From NCBI GenBank assembly GCA_965113315.1, contig OZ220363.1: a stretch of 64,000 bases of DNA, one strand, 5' to 3'. The position numbers were made by a program, and so were the translations under genes. Position 1 is the first letter of the stretch; each line of letters opens with the position of its first letter. The DNA is from Podarcis vaucheri. Taxonomy: Eukaryota. The notes below the pieces were generated by a model that was given only the letters and a program-made list of their open reading frames with translations, was not told where the DNA came from and did no database searches. Positions 11,901 through 25,700 of this stretch are shown piece by piece.

Positions 11901-14900
11901 GGCTTAGCATCTCAGAAGCTGCCAAGTAATACTTCTTGCTTCTTTTCTAATATTAGCTCACACCCAGCGCCTTGTCCACATCCAGTCAATGCTGAAGAGA
12001 GCTCCTAGTTACCGGACTTTGGAACTGGAGCTGATTGAATGGCAGGAACGTGAACTGTTTGAGTATTTTGTGGTAGTTTCTCTTAAGAAGAAGCCCTCTA
12101 AAAATACTTACCTCCCTGAAGTCACATATCAGTTTCCAAAGGTAAAACAACTTTATTGGATTGCCGTCATTATTGTTATTGTAGCTGTTGACTGCTATTG
12201 TAGCATATATGGGATACTGTTAGGTACATGCATAACTTAAAAATAGACACATGTCCAATTTTAAGAAATGTTAGTATAGATGGGTGGACATTATTATTTT
12301 ATATTTCACATTAAATTTATATAGTCATCCATCAATAAATATTTTCTAGGTGGTTTACAAACAAAATTTAAAATGATGCCAGTTTTTATTGCCCTTGTTT
12401 ATGTTGTGGATGTTTTGACGAGACTTTTTATTGAAATGGTACCACTGCTGTGATATTTTGTTTTTTTCTAAACTGCTGTGAGGTCATATTTTCAAACAAA
12501 GGGCAGCCTAGAAATTATTTTAAGGAAGTAGGTAGGTAGGTAGGTAGGTAAGTAAGTAAGTGAGTAAGTAAGTAAGTAGTAAGTAAATAGGGTGGCTGCA
12601 TTCACACAATGTGGCAAACTATAGTAAATGGTTTTTCTGTGAACATGGGAGATCGCTTCACTTCTCTCTTAGCACAAGCTGAAACAACGAATTGCAATCC
12701 CTGGCTCAATGTTATGGGAGAATGTAACACACTATAGATAGTACAGATGTGTTCACGGTGATGGTGTTACAGCTTGATCTAGGGAAGAAGGAATTGCCAC
12801 AGTTCCTTTCTATTCTGTAGAAATCGTTCTGCCCTCAGGATAGGATTTTGGGAGTGTGTGGAGCACCATGGTAGGGAGTCAGCAGTGTGGAACTCCTTTG
12901 CAATAGGCATCACTTTCACTTGCCCTTTCATTGGATACAACCCACTGACTTTTTCTCAAAATTGGCCTATTGAAATGAATAGCCTCGATAAACTTAGGCT
13001 TATTAATATCTCTGGGTTTACTCTAAGTTAGTTGACTACAACCCATAAAGTCAGTCTTCTCAGTGTTTGTAGTTTTCTTTGCCTAGAGTCAAGATCTCAT
13101 AAGGCTAATGGAATCAGGCAAAGACAATAATGGAACAGCAGCAACAAAAGCAGGATCCTGAGTGGGTTTCTGTGATTGTGTGGAGGAGAAAGATATCAAT
13201 GAGGCTCTGATATCAATAATAATAATACACAGCTTATCTATTTTGTCATTTGTCTTCTCTTGAATCAAAAAGGCAGTAGTTTAAATTCAAAAGGCACATT
13301 TTTGCCTTTCTGCATATGTTTCTGTACTAAGTAATATATATATGGCTTTGGGGGATAAAATATAGTTTTCTCATTTAGTTAATTGGTTGAGTCACAGCTC
13401 AATCCTTAACCATGTCTACCTAAAAGTAAGCCCTATTGGGTTCAATGGGGCTTGCTCTCCCAGGTAAGGAGGGTTTCGGATTGCATCCTTAATAGATGTT
13501 TGTAGAAGGATAGCTATTCCCTGTGTTGATTTAAAAAGCCTGATTTGAGTCTATTCTGGACTCTGCTGATGTTGACTTATTCAACCACAGCTAGAAAGAC
13601 CCACAAAGCAAGTTCGCGAAGCAGAAGAACGTCTCAAGGCCATCCCACAGTTCTGCTTCCCAGATGCCAAGGACTGGAACCCAGTGTCAGAATACAACAG
13701 GTAAACTATCCTGCTGATAGTTAGAAGACTGGATTCATGGATTGACAAAACACACATAAATCTGTGCCCTTTGCTTGTTGTTGAATGTAGATGACATTTT
13801 TTTCTCCTTTGGAACTCTAGTTATGTTCTGCTGGTGCACCACACCTAGTCCTTGCCTCTTTTTGCTGCTCCTGCTAACGCCCTTTGCACAGTATTGAGGA
13901 AGGTAATCAGTGAAATTGCTCATAGCAGTTTGATTACTGGCCTTTCTGGGCTCTCTGGGGTTAGAGAAGGGAGAGCTCACTTCTGAGTATCACTAAAGCC
14001 CTGTTTAGGTTTTCTGTTACCAAGTAGAGCAGCGGTGGCTAACCCACAGCTCAGGGGGTGCGATCTGGCTGCTCAATCTCTCTCTCGTTCTCTCTTTCTC
14101 TCCCTCTCTCCACCCTAATACCCAATGAGTTTGGCAATGGCACTAAAAAAGAGAAAAAAGATCAAGCAGACATAGCATTGGGGTGGGCACAGCCTTGCAC
14201 TCTAATGGAGATGCAAATTGCCCCTCTCCAACACATCAAATGGATAATTTTGTGAGCAGAGGGCTATAACTTATGGCCTTGGAGTGCTGCATAACAACTT
14301 CCTAGGAGGAAGGGCATGGTAGGCCTTGGAAAAGAAGAGCTGCCATGACAGAAAAGGGGAAGTGATTGGCCTCTAGCTACCCTGCACCCTGCTGTGGCTG
14401 CTCCCACTACCACTGATGATGTCTGGGCAATGAGTGGCGGCAGGCGGGGGTGGGTGGCTAGAGGGATAGATCTCTCTGCTCCCTTCTCCCTGGTGCTATT
14501 ACCACTGGCCATAAAAGTAACAGAAAGTGGGGAATGGCAGAGAGGAGGAAGCAGTTTCAGAATATGTGTTTTGGGGGAGGGATGGTGGAGAGGAAAGCCA
14601 GGGTTCCTTCTCCTTCTTCAGATCAGATTTTAAGTTGAGCTGGAGGAGAGTTTGGGCCTTTTAAAGCTTGCCTCTCCTTTGAGGTGAGCTTTTGCAAGCT
14701 CCCAAAGACATTCTCTGAGCCTGGCTTGAGGGAGCTTTGCAACCATCTCTTGTTCAGTTTTGTATAGTTCTGATAGCAGTCAGACAGCTAAGAACAGAAC
14801 AAGAGATGTCAGTCTTTGGGGAGATTTTTCCGCTCACCTCAAAGTCTCCATACTTAAAGAAATAGCTCTCAGCCTAACCTACCGAACAAGCTTGTGAGGA

Positions 14901-17900
14901 TAAAATGGGATGGAGGGAACTATGTATGCTGACATGAAGTCCTTGGAGGAAAAGTGGGATGTGAATGAAATAAATGGAAAGGGAGGTTCCAGCTTGAAAT
15001 AGCTGAATTGGAATTCATTGGTTAATTTGAATATATTCCATTCAGACTTAATTGGATCGGTGTGTTTCTTTCCTCCTACAGCATAAGCTACTGTGTAAAC
15101 CATATGCTAGCTGACCACTATAAGTGGAGTACTCTGTCTTACAACTGTGAGGCAAAAGAAACCAACCAATTTCACAATAGAATATCTGGTTCTCCATTGC
15201 TTCTTGTGTTATGTAATCATTTACACATGGATAAAATAAGTACAAATCCTTTGGTTAGTCTCAAAGCCTCACCAAGACTATGAGATAAAACCACAAGATT
15301 TATCTGTCTGGAAGATATCTCAAAACATGTCAAAATATTAATCGAAAGGAATCTTAACACCTGCTTTTTGGCAGCACAATAACATCTGTGGCAATCTTTC
15401 TTACAGTGAAACATTCTCTTTTATGCTGACGGGAGAAGATGGCAGCAGAAGGTTTGGTTACTGCAGAAGATTACTAGTAAGTACATCAACTTTTTTCAAC
15501 GTACACTATGCTAAGAATGTGACATATTATGAGAGCTGAATGTGTCACTTTTGGGGCTGCAGACAAATGCAAGAAGAAAATTAATCTCTTGTGGTCTTAA
15601 GGGAAATAGGGCTTTTGCTATAGAAAATCAAATCAAATCCATGTTCATATTCCAGGGAATCTAGGAGTTACTGTATTTTACATGTTTCAGTGTTTATGGC
15701 AGGGAATTCCATTTTTTTAAACTAAGCCCACTCTCAATTGTTTATTATACTTGGAAAATTCATACCTACCTACTTCCAAATTGGGCATTTCCAGAGAAGA
15801 GCTTACTAGAAGTAAAACAGGATGTATCTGATAGAAATGTTACCGGTTATGAAGAGGATACAGAGCTACTGGCACTCATGACAGTTGATTCTTTCCCCAT
15901 GGTGATCCCATGAGTACATTTGGACTAGCACTACTAGTTAGTATTAGCTGCAGAGTGCATACTGGACTACAGATGCCTTGCACATCAGCAAACTAATGTA
16001 TAGGCCACTAGAACTGCTAAAGGGCTTATGCACACTTACCTATTGCCTCACTCTTTCCAGGCACAGGTCCGCACTTAAAAGCTCCCTGTCCAAGTGTTTT
16101 TTTTGTTTTTGTTTTGCCCCAGAACTTTCCCTGAAAAAAACTGCTCTTTAATGCTCAGTTGCAGCAAATGTCAATTCAGTGTCAGTTAAGGGTTTCTGTG
16201 CATTGCTGTTTGTTCCGATTGAACTTTAAAGAGCAGGTTTTTATGGGGAAAGCTCTGGAGAGAGAGAAAAGGGCACATAGAAACAGAGATTTAAAGCACA
16301 GGCTGTCCCTGGAAGGAGCGGAGGAAAGCCAAGTGTGGATAAGCCCAAAGCTAACATTGGGGAAGTGCTTTTTCTACCTACGTTTTATTGCTTCCTATCC
16401 CACTCATATGTTTTTAATGATATTGTGTTGTAGTGCCAAACAGAGGCCAGTAAGCTGCATTTTCTCATGCTCTGCCCATCTTCCCTTTTGTATACATTAC
16501 ATTATTGGGAAACTGGGTCGAGGTCATTCTTTGATTTCCACTCAGGGCCAATTTAGATATGGTGGTAGAGGATCTATGTGCTTAAACACAGGTCTGCCCC
16601 CAGACACACAGAAATGGGTTGTGCAGGCTCTAGTTTTAACAGCAAGAAGATGCATACAGGAAAGGAGTGCTGAACACCCCTGTCCCTGGTTGTCACTTAC
16701 CTTTCTGCATCCCATCTCCCAACCACCTTTCTAGCAGTTAAGGATGCTTCTACTATTAGAGTTTCACTAGGGAGTAAAACACACGTGGGAATAAAATGTA
16801 GGGGGGTAATATAGAAGCAAGGGAAGATATAGTACCCCTCATCTGTAGTCTCCTTTTGCACTCACTCCCCATGACTGGGGCAGATCCATGATTAGGCACC
16901 TAGTATTTCTGCTATCATGTCTCCTGAGGCCATTGCTAGCAGTAGTAATATTATCTAGAGCAGTCTCTGGCATGTACAGTATAGTGAGGCAATCCATGCA
17001 TGAGAATCTGTTCCTGAATGTGGATTACACCTTGCTGAATTGAGGATGATCAAATGCAACCATTCATATAATGAAAGCCTCTGCCCACTTTATGTTTTCT
17101 CCACGAGATTGATGCTCATGACAGAAAGAGCATGTATTTTTGAAATACTTTAATTGATGTGGCAAGTTGTTTTACTTGGGGAGTTTTTTAATTGCAGGGA
17201 CACGAATCAGGGAGCCAATATGGCAATTCTCCTGTCTGTGAGACAATGATGATAGTAAATAATCAACAATAACAGAATATTAGGAATAAAAGGAGGCATG
17301 TGACCAGAAATAGGAAAAATATGATATATGACAACCAAAGGTCAACATTACTGTTGACCGCTTACTCTGTGCTGACACTGCAACACTCACTTTGGCTTTG
17401 GTTCAAACAAGTACAGTGGTACCTTGGTTCTCAAATGCCTTGGAACCCAAACACTTCAAACCCGGAAGTAAGTGTTCTGGTTTGCGAACTTTTTTCAGAA
17501 GCCGAATGTGCTCCGTTTTGAGTGTTTATGTATTGATTTGAGTGCCACACTTCTGTTTTGAGTGTTACGCTTCTGATTTGATTGCCACACTTCCGTTTTG
17601 AGTGTTACACTGAGGTCTGTCTGTTTTTGCTATTTATTTTGCATTTTTGTTTTTGCGGCTTTTTTGTTTTGTTTTTGTGACGTGTGTGGAACCCAGTTCA
17701 GCTACTGATTGATTGATTGTGTGACTGCAGTACACTGTTTATTGCTTTCATTTTATGGATCAGTGGTCTCGTTAGATAGTAAAATTAATGTTAAGTTGCT
17801 GTTTTAGGGGTTGTTTTTAAAAGTCTGGAATGGATTAATCCATTTTGCATTACTTTCTATGTGAAAGTGTGCCTTGGTTTTGGAATGCTTTGGTTATGAA

Positions 17901-19684
17901 ACAGACTTCCGGAACGGATTAAGTTTGAGAGCCAAGGTACCACTGTAATTTGTGAGGGAGCAGCACATTAAGATGGAACCTTGTTTTGGAAAAGCAGATA
18001 CTCCCACTTCTGAAGGGACTACCTTGTCAGGGAACTGCCATCGGAGCCGGAGGCGGAGGGAAGGCTCCAGAGGGATGCCGGAGAGGGTCCCAGTAGGGAG
18101 AGGGGCAGCCCATTTGCTGGGGAAGGAAATCAGCGTAACACCAGTGGAGAAGGGGGGCAGATGGGGGAATCGGAGAGGAGGCTCCAAGACTCCTCGCCGG
18201 AGACCAGCGGAGAGAGTACGGGTCCTCCGCTGCCCACACCCTCCCTGCGAAGAAGGCTTCTGCGCAGGGAGACTAGGCGGAGACTAGGCGTCAAAGAACT
18301 TTTGTGCTGGAAGAAGTTCAAGAAACGCCCACTGACGGATTCTGCCAGCGACTGAGACAGTCACAATGCTAGAGGCTGTTCAGTCAGAAAGGGTTCAACC
18401 AGATAACCTAGCCAGAAGTGGCGGCAACTTACGCACGAGAAACCCCTAAACCCATTACATACCTGCTGTTAGATTATTCTTTTCTTTTTTAGAAAGCTTA
18501 ACTTTTCAGCAGCAGGTGCTGCTAATGGCCTGGGTTGGATGGTGGAGAGGAAGATACCAAAGAATATTCCTGGCAGGATAGCTGGTACTCCTGCTTGATT
18601 GCTTTGAGGATGGGAAAGGGTTGGGTGTGCAAAACTGCAGACCTTGTAAATCATCTGCATAACACATGCAACACAACCCTGACTTACAGAACACAGACTT
18701 TACTATTCAGAAAAACCCATTCAAAAGCTGTAATCTAAAGTAATGTTGATAGTGTGGGACAGGATCTCCTGGCACTGTCAGATGCTGTTTGAAGTCCAGT
18801 TTGGGCTTAAAGATTGTGATTGTTTCATTTTCAAAACAATAAAGTTGGACAAGTACAGTTGTCAGGCTTCCATGACTATTAATATGTACAGTATGTTCAC
18901 ATTACATTGCTATATCCACAGTTTCTTTCACTTAAATAAGCATTATATTATAAGTGCATTTTGATCACTGGCATTAATGTCTTCCATAAACTGAAGTTTG
19001 AATTCTAGATGTCCCCCTTTGGGATTATTAGAAATTACATTCAAATGCCCTTATATGTGGCTAAATCTGAAACTCTTTTATCAGAACTCCTATGTTGATA
19101 TTCAAAAGGAGTGGGAAATAATTCACTGATGCACGAAAATTGAAAACAGTGGCAAACATCACCTAAGAGCTATTCCTAAGTGTTTTGAGGCCCAAATAAG
19201 CCTTTTGTTCTCTTTTCAGAGTTCTGTATTATAGATGTGTATGCTGGGCTGACAACCTTTAGTCTTCTTGAATACTTGGGGAGATTTGTTTTTTAAGACT
19301 GCCTTCAGACTCACAAATCTACAGTGAGGTTGAGGTTCACAGGGAGATGAAACTGGCTTTGATGATAGGTAATTTCTGATCTTTACAATTTTGCATAACA
19401 GCCAGTAGCACTGAGACACCCTGCTCCTGGGGCATTTAGTCAGTGGTGGACCTTGGGGCCTCAAATTTCAGCGTTGCCCTGTGTAACACCAAAAAATCGG
19501 AACTTTCCTTGCTTCGCATCTTCCATTCTGCATCGTAGCTGCTGTGCCCCCCAAGGCTCTGTGCCGAGTGCAACCAAGCCACTGGTGCTCCCCTAAATCC
19601 ACCTCTGATTTACCCATTCATATAGAACAAAGTTGGGCAACTTGTGGCCCTCCCGGTATTGCTTGATTCCATCTTCCACTAATC

Positions 19685-19717
<33 letters not shown>

Positions 19718-22700
19718 GGTCTAATGGAAAATAAACAGGAATCTTTAAAATTCGAGCTATTACTTAAAATTGCACGCTACAGTATATTAGAAAACAATTT
19801 CAAAATTCAATGATTTTTATTTCAAATGTGAATACTGCCACAAATGTAAAATGCTTTGTACTAACACTGGGGCTTTTTTCATAATTAGAGGTTTGAAGGA
19901 AATTGAAAGGTTATGCAGTTTGGTGCATGCACACACCAGTGAAAGAGTTGATAGAAAGAAGAGTTCCAGCCACTTAAAAACTTTCCTCCTCTGAGGGGCT
20001 CCTTTTTTATTGCTCCTTTTTTATTGCTGCGATCTGTTAGCACAAAGGAAGTCACTGCTGCTGGTAAAAAGAAAAGGGAAATCTGAAATAAAGGACATGA
20101 AGCAAGAGAGGTTTGGAAAGTGAAGATGCTCTTTTTTTTTAAACTTGGTGACACTGTAGCCTTTAAGGGTTATTAAAAAAGCAGCAAAAAAACCCAGGAG
20201 TAATATTTCACAAGGCCGGAGCTTTTGACTAAACTGTGAGCCGTTATTGTTCCTGCTATTATATATGACCCAGGAATGCAGTGTTTTTACTGGCAGCCAG
20301 CAAGACAGCTTTTAGCTGGTAGCTGTCCAGGACGCCTGGCATGGCTACAGCATTCCTGCAGATTTGACACAATGATTTTAACCCAAATCCCACATGCTAG
20401 ATATAATCACTTGATGCTTTTAGAAGGCGTTTTTATACCTAATATGGACAAAGAAGGATTCTGCCTTTTCAGAAATGTGACGTCTGCTGAGCAGCAGGTC
20501 TTGATCCAGAAATAGACTCATCTGTGTTCACTTAACTGCACTGCATCTTCACGATTTTAACTGCAGAAGCACACGCACCTGCTGACCAGCCCAGTCATTC
20601 TCTGATTAGAACAGTAATCTGCAGCTTCCTGCAAACAGCTCAACAGCAAAGCGTTAACTGCAGAAAATATTTTGAAAGCCTCATAAAAATAGGGTTAAAA
20701 ACCAGGATTTTTAAATGTTGCCATCTCCTTTGGTTTGATTGGAAGTGGAAGGAGCTAGCGTACCTTAGGTACACAGAATTGGCACTGCTGTTTTGTCCTT
20801 AATATGGAGCATGTGCTCACACCATCAGCACAACTGCAAATTAACTGCCTTTTAACACTCATAATGAAGGAATGTCTACATGATTATGGAGGACACTGTC
20901 AAACCACCTAGGTCATGGCTAGTTTCCTGATTGCTTTCTATTTGCAAGGCACCCAATGGATGTAGCAAGCAACCTCATGTGGGAAGATTTGTGGTTGCCA
21001 CGGCCAGTCCTACTATTTGGCGGAGTGTGGTGTAACCACCTCAGACCCTAGGTACTGGCAGTACTTTTTTCAACCATGAAGTTGTTACAGTAAGTGCCAC
21101 ACTTTTAAAAAAAATTAAATTAAAAGTTTTCTTGGTTAACAACAGTTACTTGCATTGTCTCTTTTTTCAGATTGTGAAGTCCTTTCTACAAATCAGTTAC
21201 ATTTGGACGTTAGTATTGTATACGCCATAGGGTTGGGGAAGAAAGGGGGGGGAGAGGTGTGATGAAACTTATGTTCTTTTATATAGTGTCCATGTAGGTT
21301 TTTTTTGTCAGCATCAACTGGGTAGGTTCTCTTTCTATTCGCTTATTACATTTCCTTGGTGGGCAGAGTGTGAAGTGCCACACTTTTTAACAACAACAAA
21401 AAGATGTGCCGCTACTGTGTACCCTTGAGTACCCCCTGCAAAAAAGGCACTGGGTACTGGAATGGGAGCAGCAGCAACATTACTTGATTGTCTGTATTCT
21501 GACCCCCGCCCCAGCCAATCATTCATCTTTGTTGCCACATAGCCTTACCATGGCCCCATAATCTAGTCTGAGGCCTTGGGTGCTGTGGAAAATGCTATCC
21601 TGTTGACAGGATTCAACTGCCAGTCAACTTGGCTTCATTCAGTACATGGAATACGGCACCATCTTGACCTTCATCTCAGGCAGCAAAATGTATTGGGCTG
21701 GCCCTAGTGGTCACATTCTCAATGGCCCTCACTCCCAAATTTTCTCATAAGTGATCTTGGTGGCTTCAGTTCATATACAATAGAAAAACGACATCAATGG
21801 CAGAAATTGCTAAATGTGCTGGAGGTTTCTTTAAAATAAAACAAAACTTTGATTTGGTATGATGATGGGGAAGTGTGACCATTGCACAGCAGTTGCCAGA
21901 ATGGATAAATGGATCTTGAGGTTCCGTTCCAGCCTTTGGGAAAATAAGGTGATTTCCCAAGTTTGACCACTTTGGTGATGAAAGGAAAGATTCATGTTTA
22001 GAATAGTGGCTAATGGCACAATCATATCAGTGGCTTAAAATGCAATTAAACCTGCTTTCTTTCTTTCTTTTACTATTGTTGTCAGCCAAGTGGAAAAGGT
22101 CCACGCCTACCTGAAGTATATTGTGTGATCAGCCGCCTGGGTTGCTTTGACTTATTTTCCAAGGTAAGTTGGAGGTTTTTTTAAGCACTGCTGTTGGATT
22201 AGCTGCTCACAGAAAACTTTCACACTTAATAAGTCAAGAAGTGGAATTTTTTGTTTGATTGGCGATAACAGTATTTTAGAATTACTGTGCTGGACAGTTC
22301 ATCTCTGTTATTGACTTTATTAAAGAATGCTTTATTACTTCTGTGCCTGAAGTGCATCTCAATTTGAAAAACATCTGTGTCTGTCAGTATTGGCACTCTC
22401 CCTCTCAGTCCATTGTATTCTAAAGCCACTTTTGGCCAAGCTGTAATTCTTGGCACACTTATCTGAAATGATGAGCCAGTATAACACTAACCCAGTATCT
22501 GTTTATTGCCAAATACAGGGAATACCTCCAGAACCGTTTTGTTTTTTTAAAATTGTGGTTGGGTGTGCATTCAATGGATATCTAATCCTCATTGCCCACA
22601 TGCCCCTGTATTCAGTCTGCATTAATCCGCCTGCACACCCAAAATACTGATGCCAGACTTGATAATCTCCCAGTCCATATTATACCTACTTTCTGCTTCC

Positions 22701-25700
22701 CATCCCCAAGGCCTGTTTCACCAAAAGTTGCTGAAACTTGGAAGTTCAGGATGCATATGCACCTGTAGATAAAAGATAACTTCATATCAAGATCATTGCA
22801 TGGGTGAATTCTGTTAGGCTATGCTGTTTTCTATCATCAAAGAAAGTTTAAAATGTGTTAATGAGAGTTAGCTAAATAGCAGTGTCAAAGGCATGCAGAA
22901 GGCATTGCATTCATGCCCTGGTATCTCCAATAAAATAATCTCAGGAAGCAAGGCTAAAACAGACTTCTACTGCAGAGCAGCTGCCAGCAGGACAGTAGAC
23001 AGAAGTGGTCTGACTGTATCAGGCAGCATTATACAGCAACATCAAATTGCCTCAAAAATGGATAAGTTTTGCAAAAAAAAGCTTCACATTTGCGGTTCAG
23101 CTATTAATGGAAATTGTAAATGAGCTATTTAAATGCCAGAAGGTAAAGCCGGAACTTTTTGATAGAAGCCCAGCAAATTGCTTCTTCATTTATATTATCA
23201 CAAGCATCATTCTCCTTTCTATAAGGGTTCTCAGATATAAAAAGCTTTCAAACTTTGATGATGGTTACTCAAAGGGAATTTGAACTCTCTTGTGCTGTTA
23301 CTGTCTGCTCCTGAGAGACTATGACTTAATGTGAATGTGCAAAGTACTGGAGAGAAATTTGTGACTGCTTTTCTCCTCCTCTGGCCCTGCATCTTCACAC
23401 TGGGTTCTTCTCAGTGTTGCACCTGAACCTGGGCACATGGTTTAATTCTGCCAGACAATGAACAAGTGGCAAGCCAAGGAACAAACATTGGCTACAGCTT
23501 ATGACCCCTATTGTCTCCCCACATTACTTGGTCCAGCTGTGCTGATTAGCTACAGTCCCTCTGTTTGACCATTATCTGTGTGGTGCTGCAATGCAGCCAA
23601 GGTCCTGTAGTTCCAGGTTATCTTTCAAGCGTTGGTGTCACTGAGAGATTGCTTGTTTAGATGGAATGTTAGTGACAGTCCTTCTCAAAGAAGTACGTTT
23701 AGATCGAGTCCATACTCAACTGGAAGGCTTCAGTCATAGAAATGACATTTCTGGAAAAAGAAAGTTGGATATTGCTTGTTTTTTTTGTTTTTTTAATAAA
23801 TGGACAAAACACAAAATTTCTGATTTACTAGCACTTTGGCTGAGTAGGGTCAATATAGCATACATGTGTAAGTTGTCATTAAGACACAGCTTCTCTTTTA
23901 TTCTGCATTTGACTGTGATGGATCAGATACTGGATGAAGTTGAAAGGAGAAGAGGAATATCTGCTGCCCTGGTTTATCCATTTATGAGAAGTCTGATGGA
24001 GTCTCCTTTTCCTGCACCTGGAAAGACAATCAAAGTCAAGACTTTCCTGCCTGGAGCTGGAAATGAGGTAAAAAGAAACCTTAAACTTTTAAGTAAAACC
24101 CTAACACACATATTCTTTCTCTCTCTGAAACAGTAAAATAGAGAGAAAGAAAGTAGAACACAGAAAGCTATCACAGCTCTGGAAGTTACATGTATTGTGG
24201 ATTTATTTTTTAAAATAAAGTTCTTTTGGGAAGCTGCTTCATTAGGCAATTTACTTTGGTGTGTGTATGTGCGTAACTGCTTCAGGAATCTAATTTATAT
24301 TTGTTTAACAGATTCAATGTTATAGGGCGTCTTGGTTATATCTATGAAAATTATGACATCAGCAGGCTTTATCACAAGGTCAGCAAGCTAGCCGTCAGAG
24401 TAGTCTCAAGGTGTTTTCTCTTGTTGACTAATCCCTAGTGGTTAAGTCAGGAAGCTACAAGTCACCACAGGCAAGGATTGAAAATTATAACCAGCATGTT
24501 GCAACAGTTTAGTACCATATATAAGTATGTCACGATTTTGTCTATATTTGGTCATTAAAAGGCTACATAGTTCAGCCTACAAATTAGTGTCATTGCACTT
24601 TTGTCATAGTCAAAATAAAAAAATTCCTTCCTGTAGCACCTTAAAGACCAACTAAGTTAGTTCTTGGTATAAGCTTTCGTGTGCATGCACACTTCTTCAG
24701 ATACACTGAAACAGAAGTTGCCAGATCCTTCTATATATAGAGAAGGTGGGGAGGGGTATTACTCAGAAGGGTGGTGGGAATCGGAGATTGGCAGATAGCT
24801 GAGATGAGCCTGATGAGCCTGTTGACGACTCTTAACGACTGTAGTAGGTCTTACAGGAAAAGGCAAGGGGTGAGAAGGTGAGAAGTGGCTTAGTCATGTA
24901 TAATGAGATAAGAATCCAATGTCTCTGTTCAGACCAGGTGTCTCCATAGTTTTAAGTTTGGTAATGAGTTGCAATTCAGCAGCTTCTCTTTCCAGTCTAT
25001 TTCTGAAATTCCTTTGTAGTAAAACAGCTACTTTGAGATCTTGTATAGAATGTCCTGGGAGATTGAAGTGTTCTCCTACTGGTTTCTCTGTTTTGTGATT
25101 CTTGATGTCAGATTTATGTCCGTTTATTCTTTGGCGTAAGGTTTGGCCTGTTTGTCCAATATAGAGAGCTGAAGGACACTGTTGGCATTTGATGGCTTTT
25201 GTCATAGTCATGAAGCTAGCCAAGCAAGAGATAATTCCTGCATTCATAGCCTACTGTATGTGAGCTAATTCTTTTTACGTTGTAGTGTATGAATGATGGA
25301 ATGGTGGCAGTTTCACTCTGCGTACTTGGCTTTTTGTGCTTTTATATTGTAAACCATCCTGTGATCTTTGGATGAAGGACAGTACAGGGATCTAATAAGT
25401 AATAAAATAAATTATAATAAATAATAGTAAACCAATACCAACATCAGATTCATGTCAAGCACACATTAGTCAAAATATGCACTTTCTCCTTCTCTGCATA
25501 TTGCGGAAAGTAACGTTTCCTGTTTTGTTACTTTCAAATTCCACGTAATAATTAACCAAAGTCAGGATGCAAGATTGGCATAATGTCTATATTATAATCA
25601 AGCCAGTTAGAACATGACTTGTGTTTGTGGAATGCATTCAGGTGATAGAACTCCAAAGGCCAATGGACTCTCGCCTGGAACATGTGGACTTTGAGTGTCT

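Noticed and set aside
16159-16734. 191-aa plus-strand ORF
   Set aside because: Non-ATG start, overlaps a palindromic repeat remnant, does not fit the DENND2B exon chain
24894-25247. Host gene encoding a GIY-YIG nuclease
   Set aside because: The ATG and first residues lie outside the TSD; it is a truncated Penelope element
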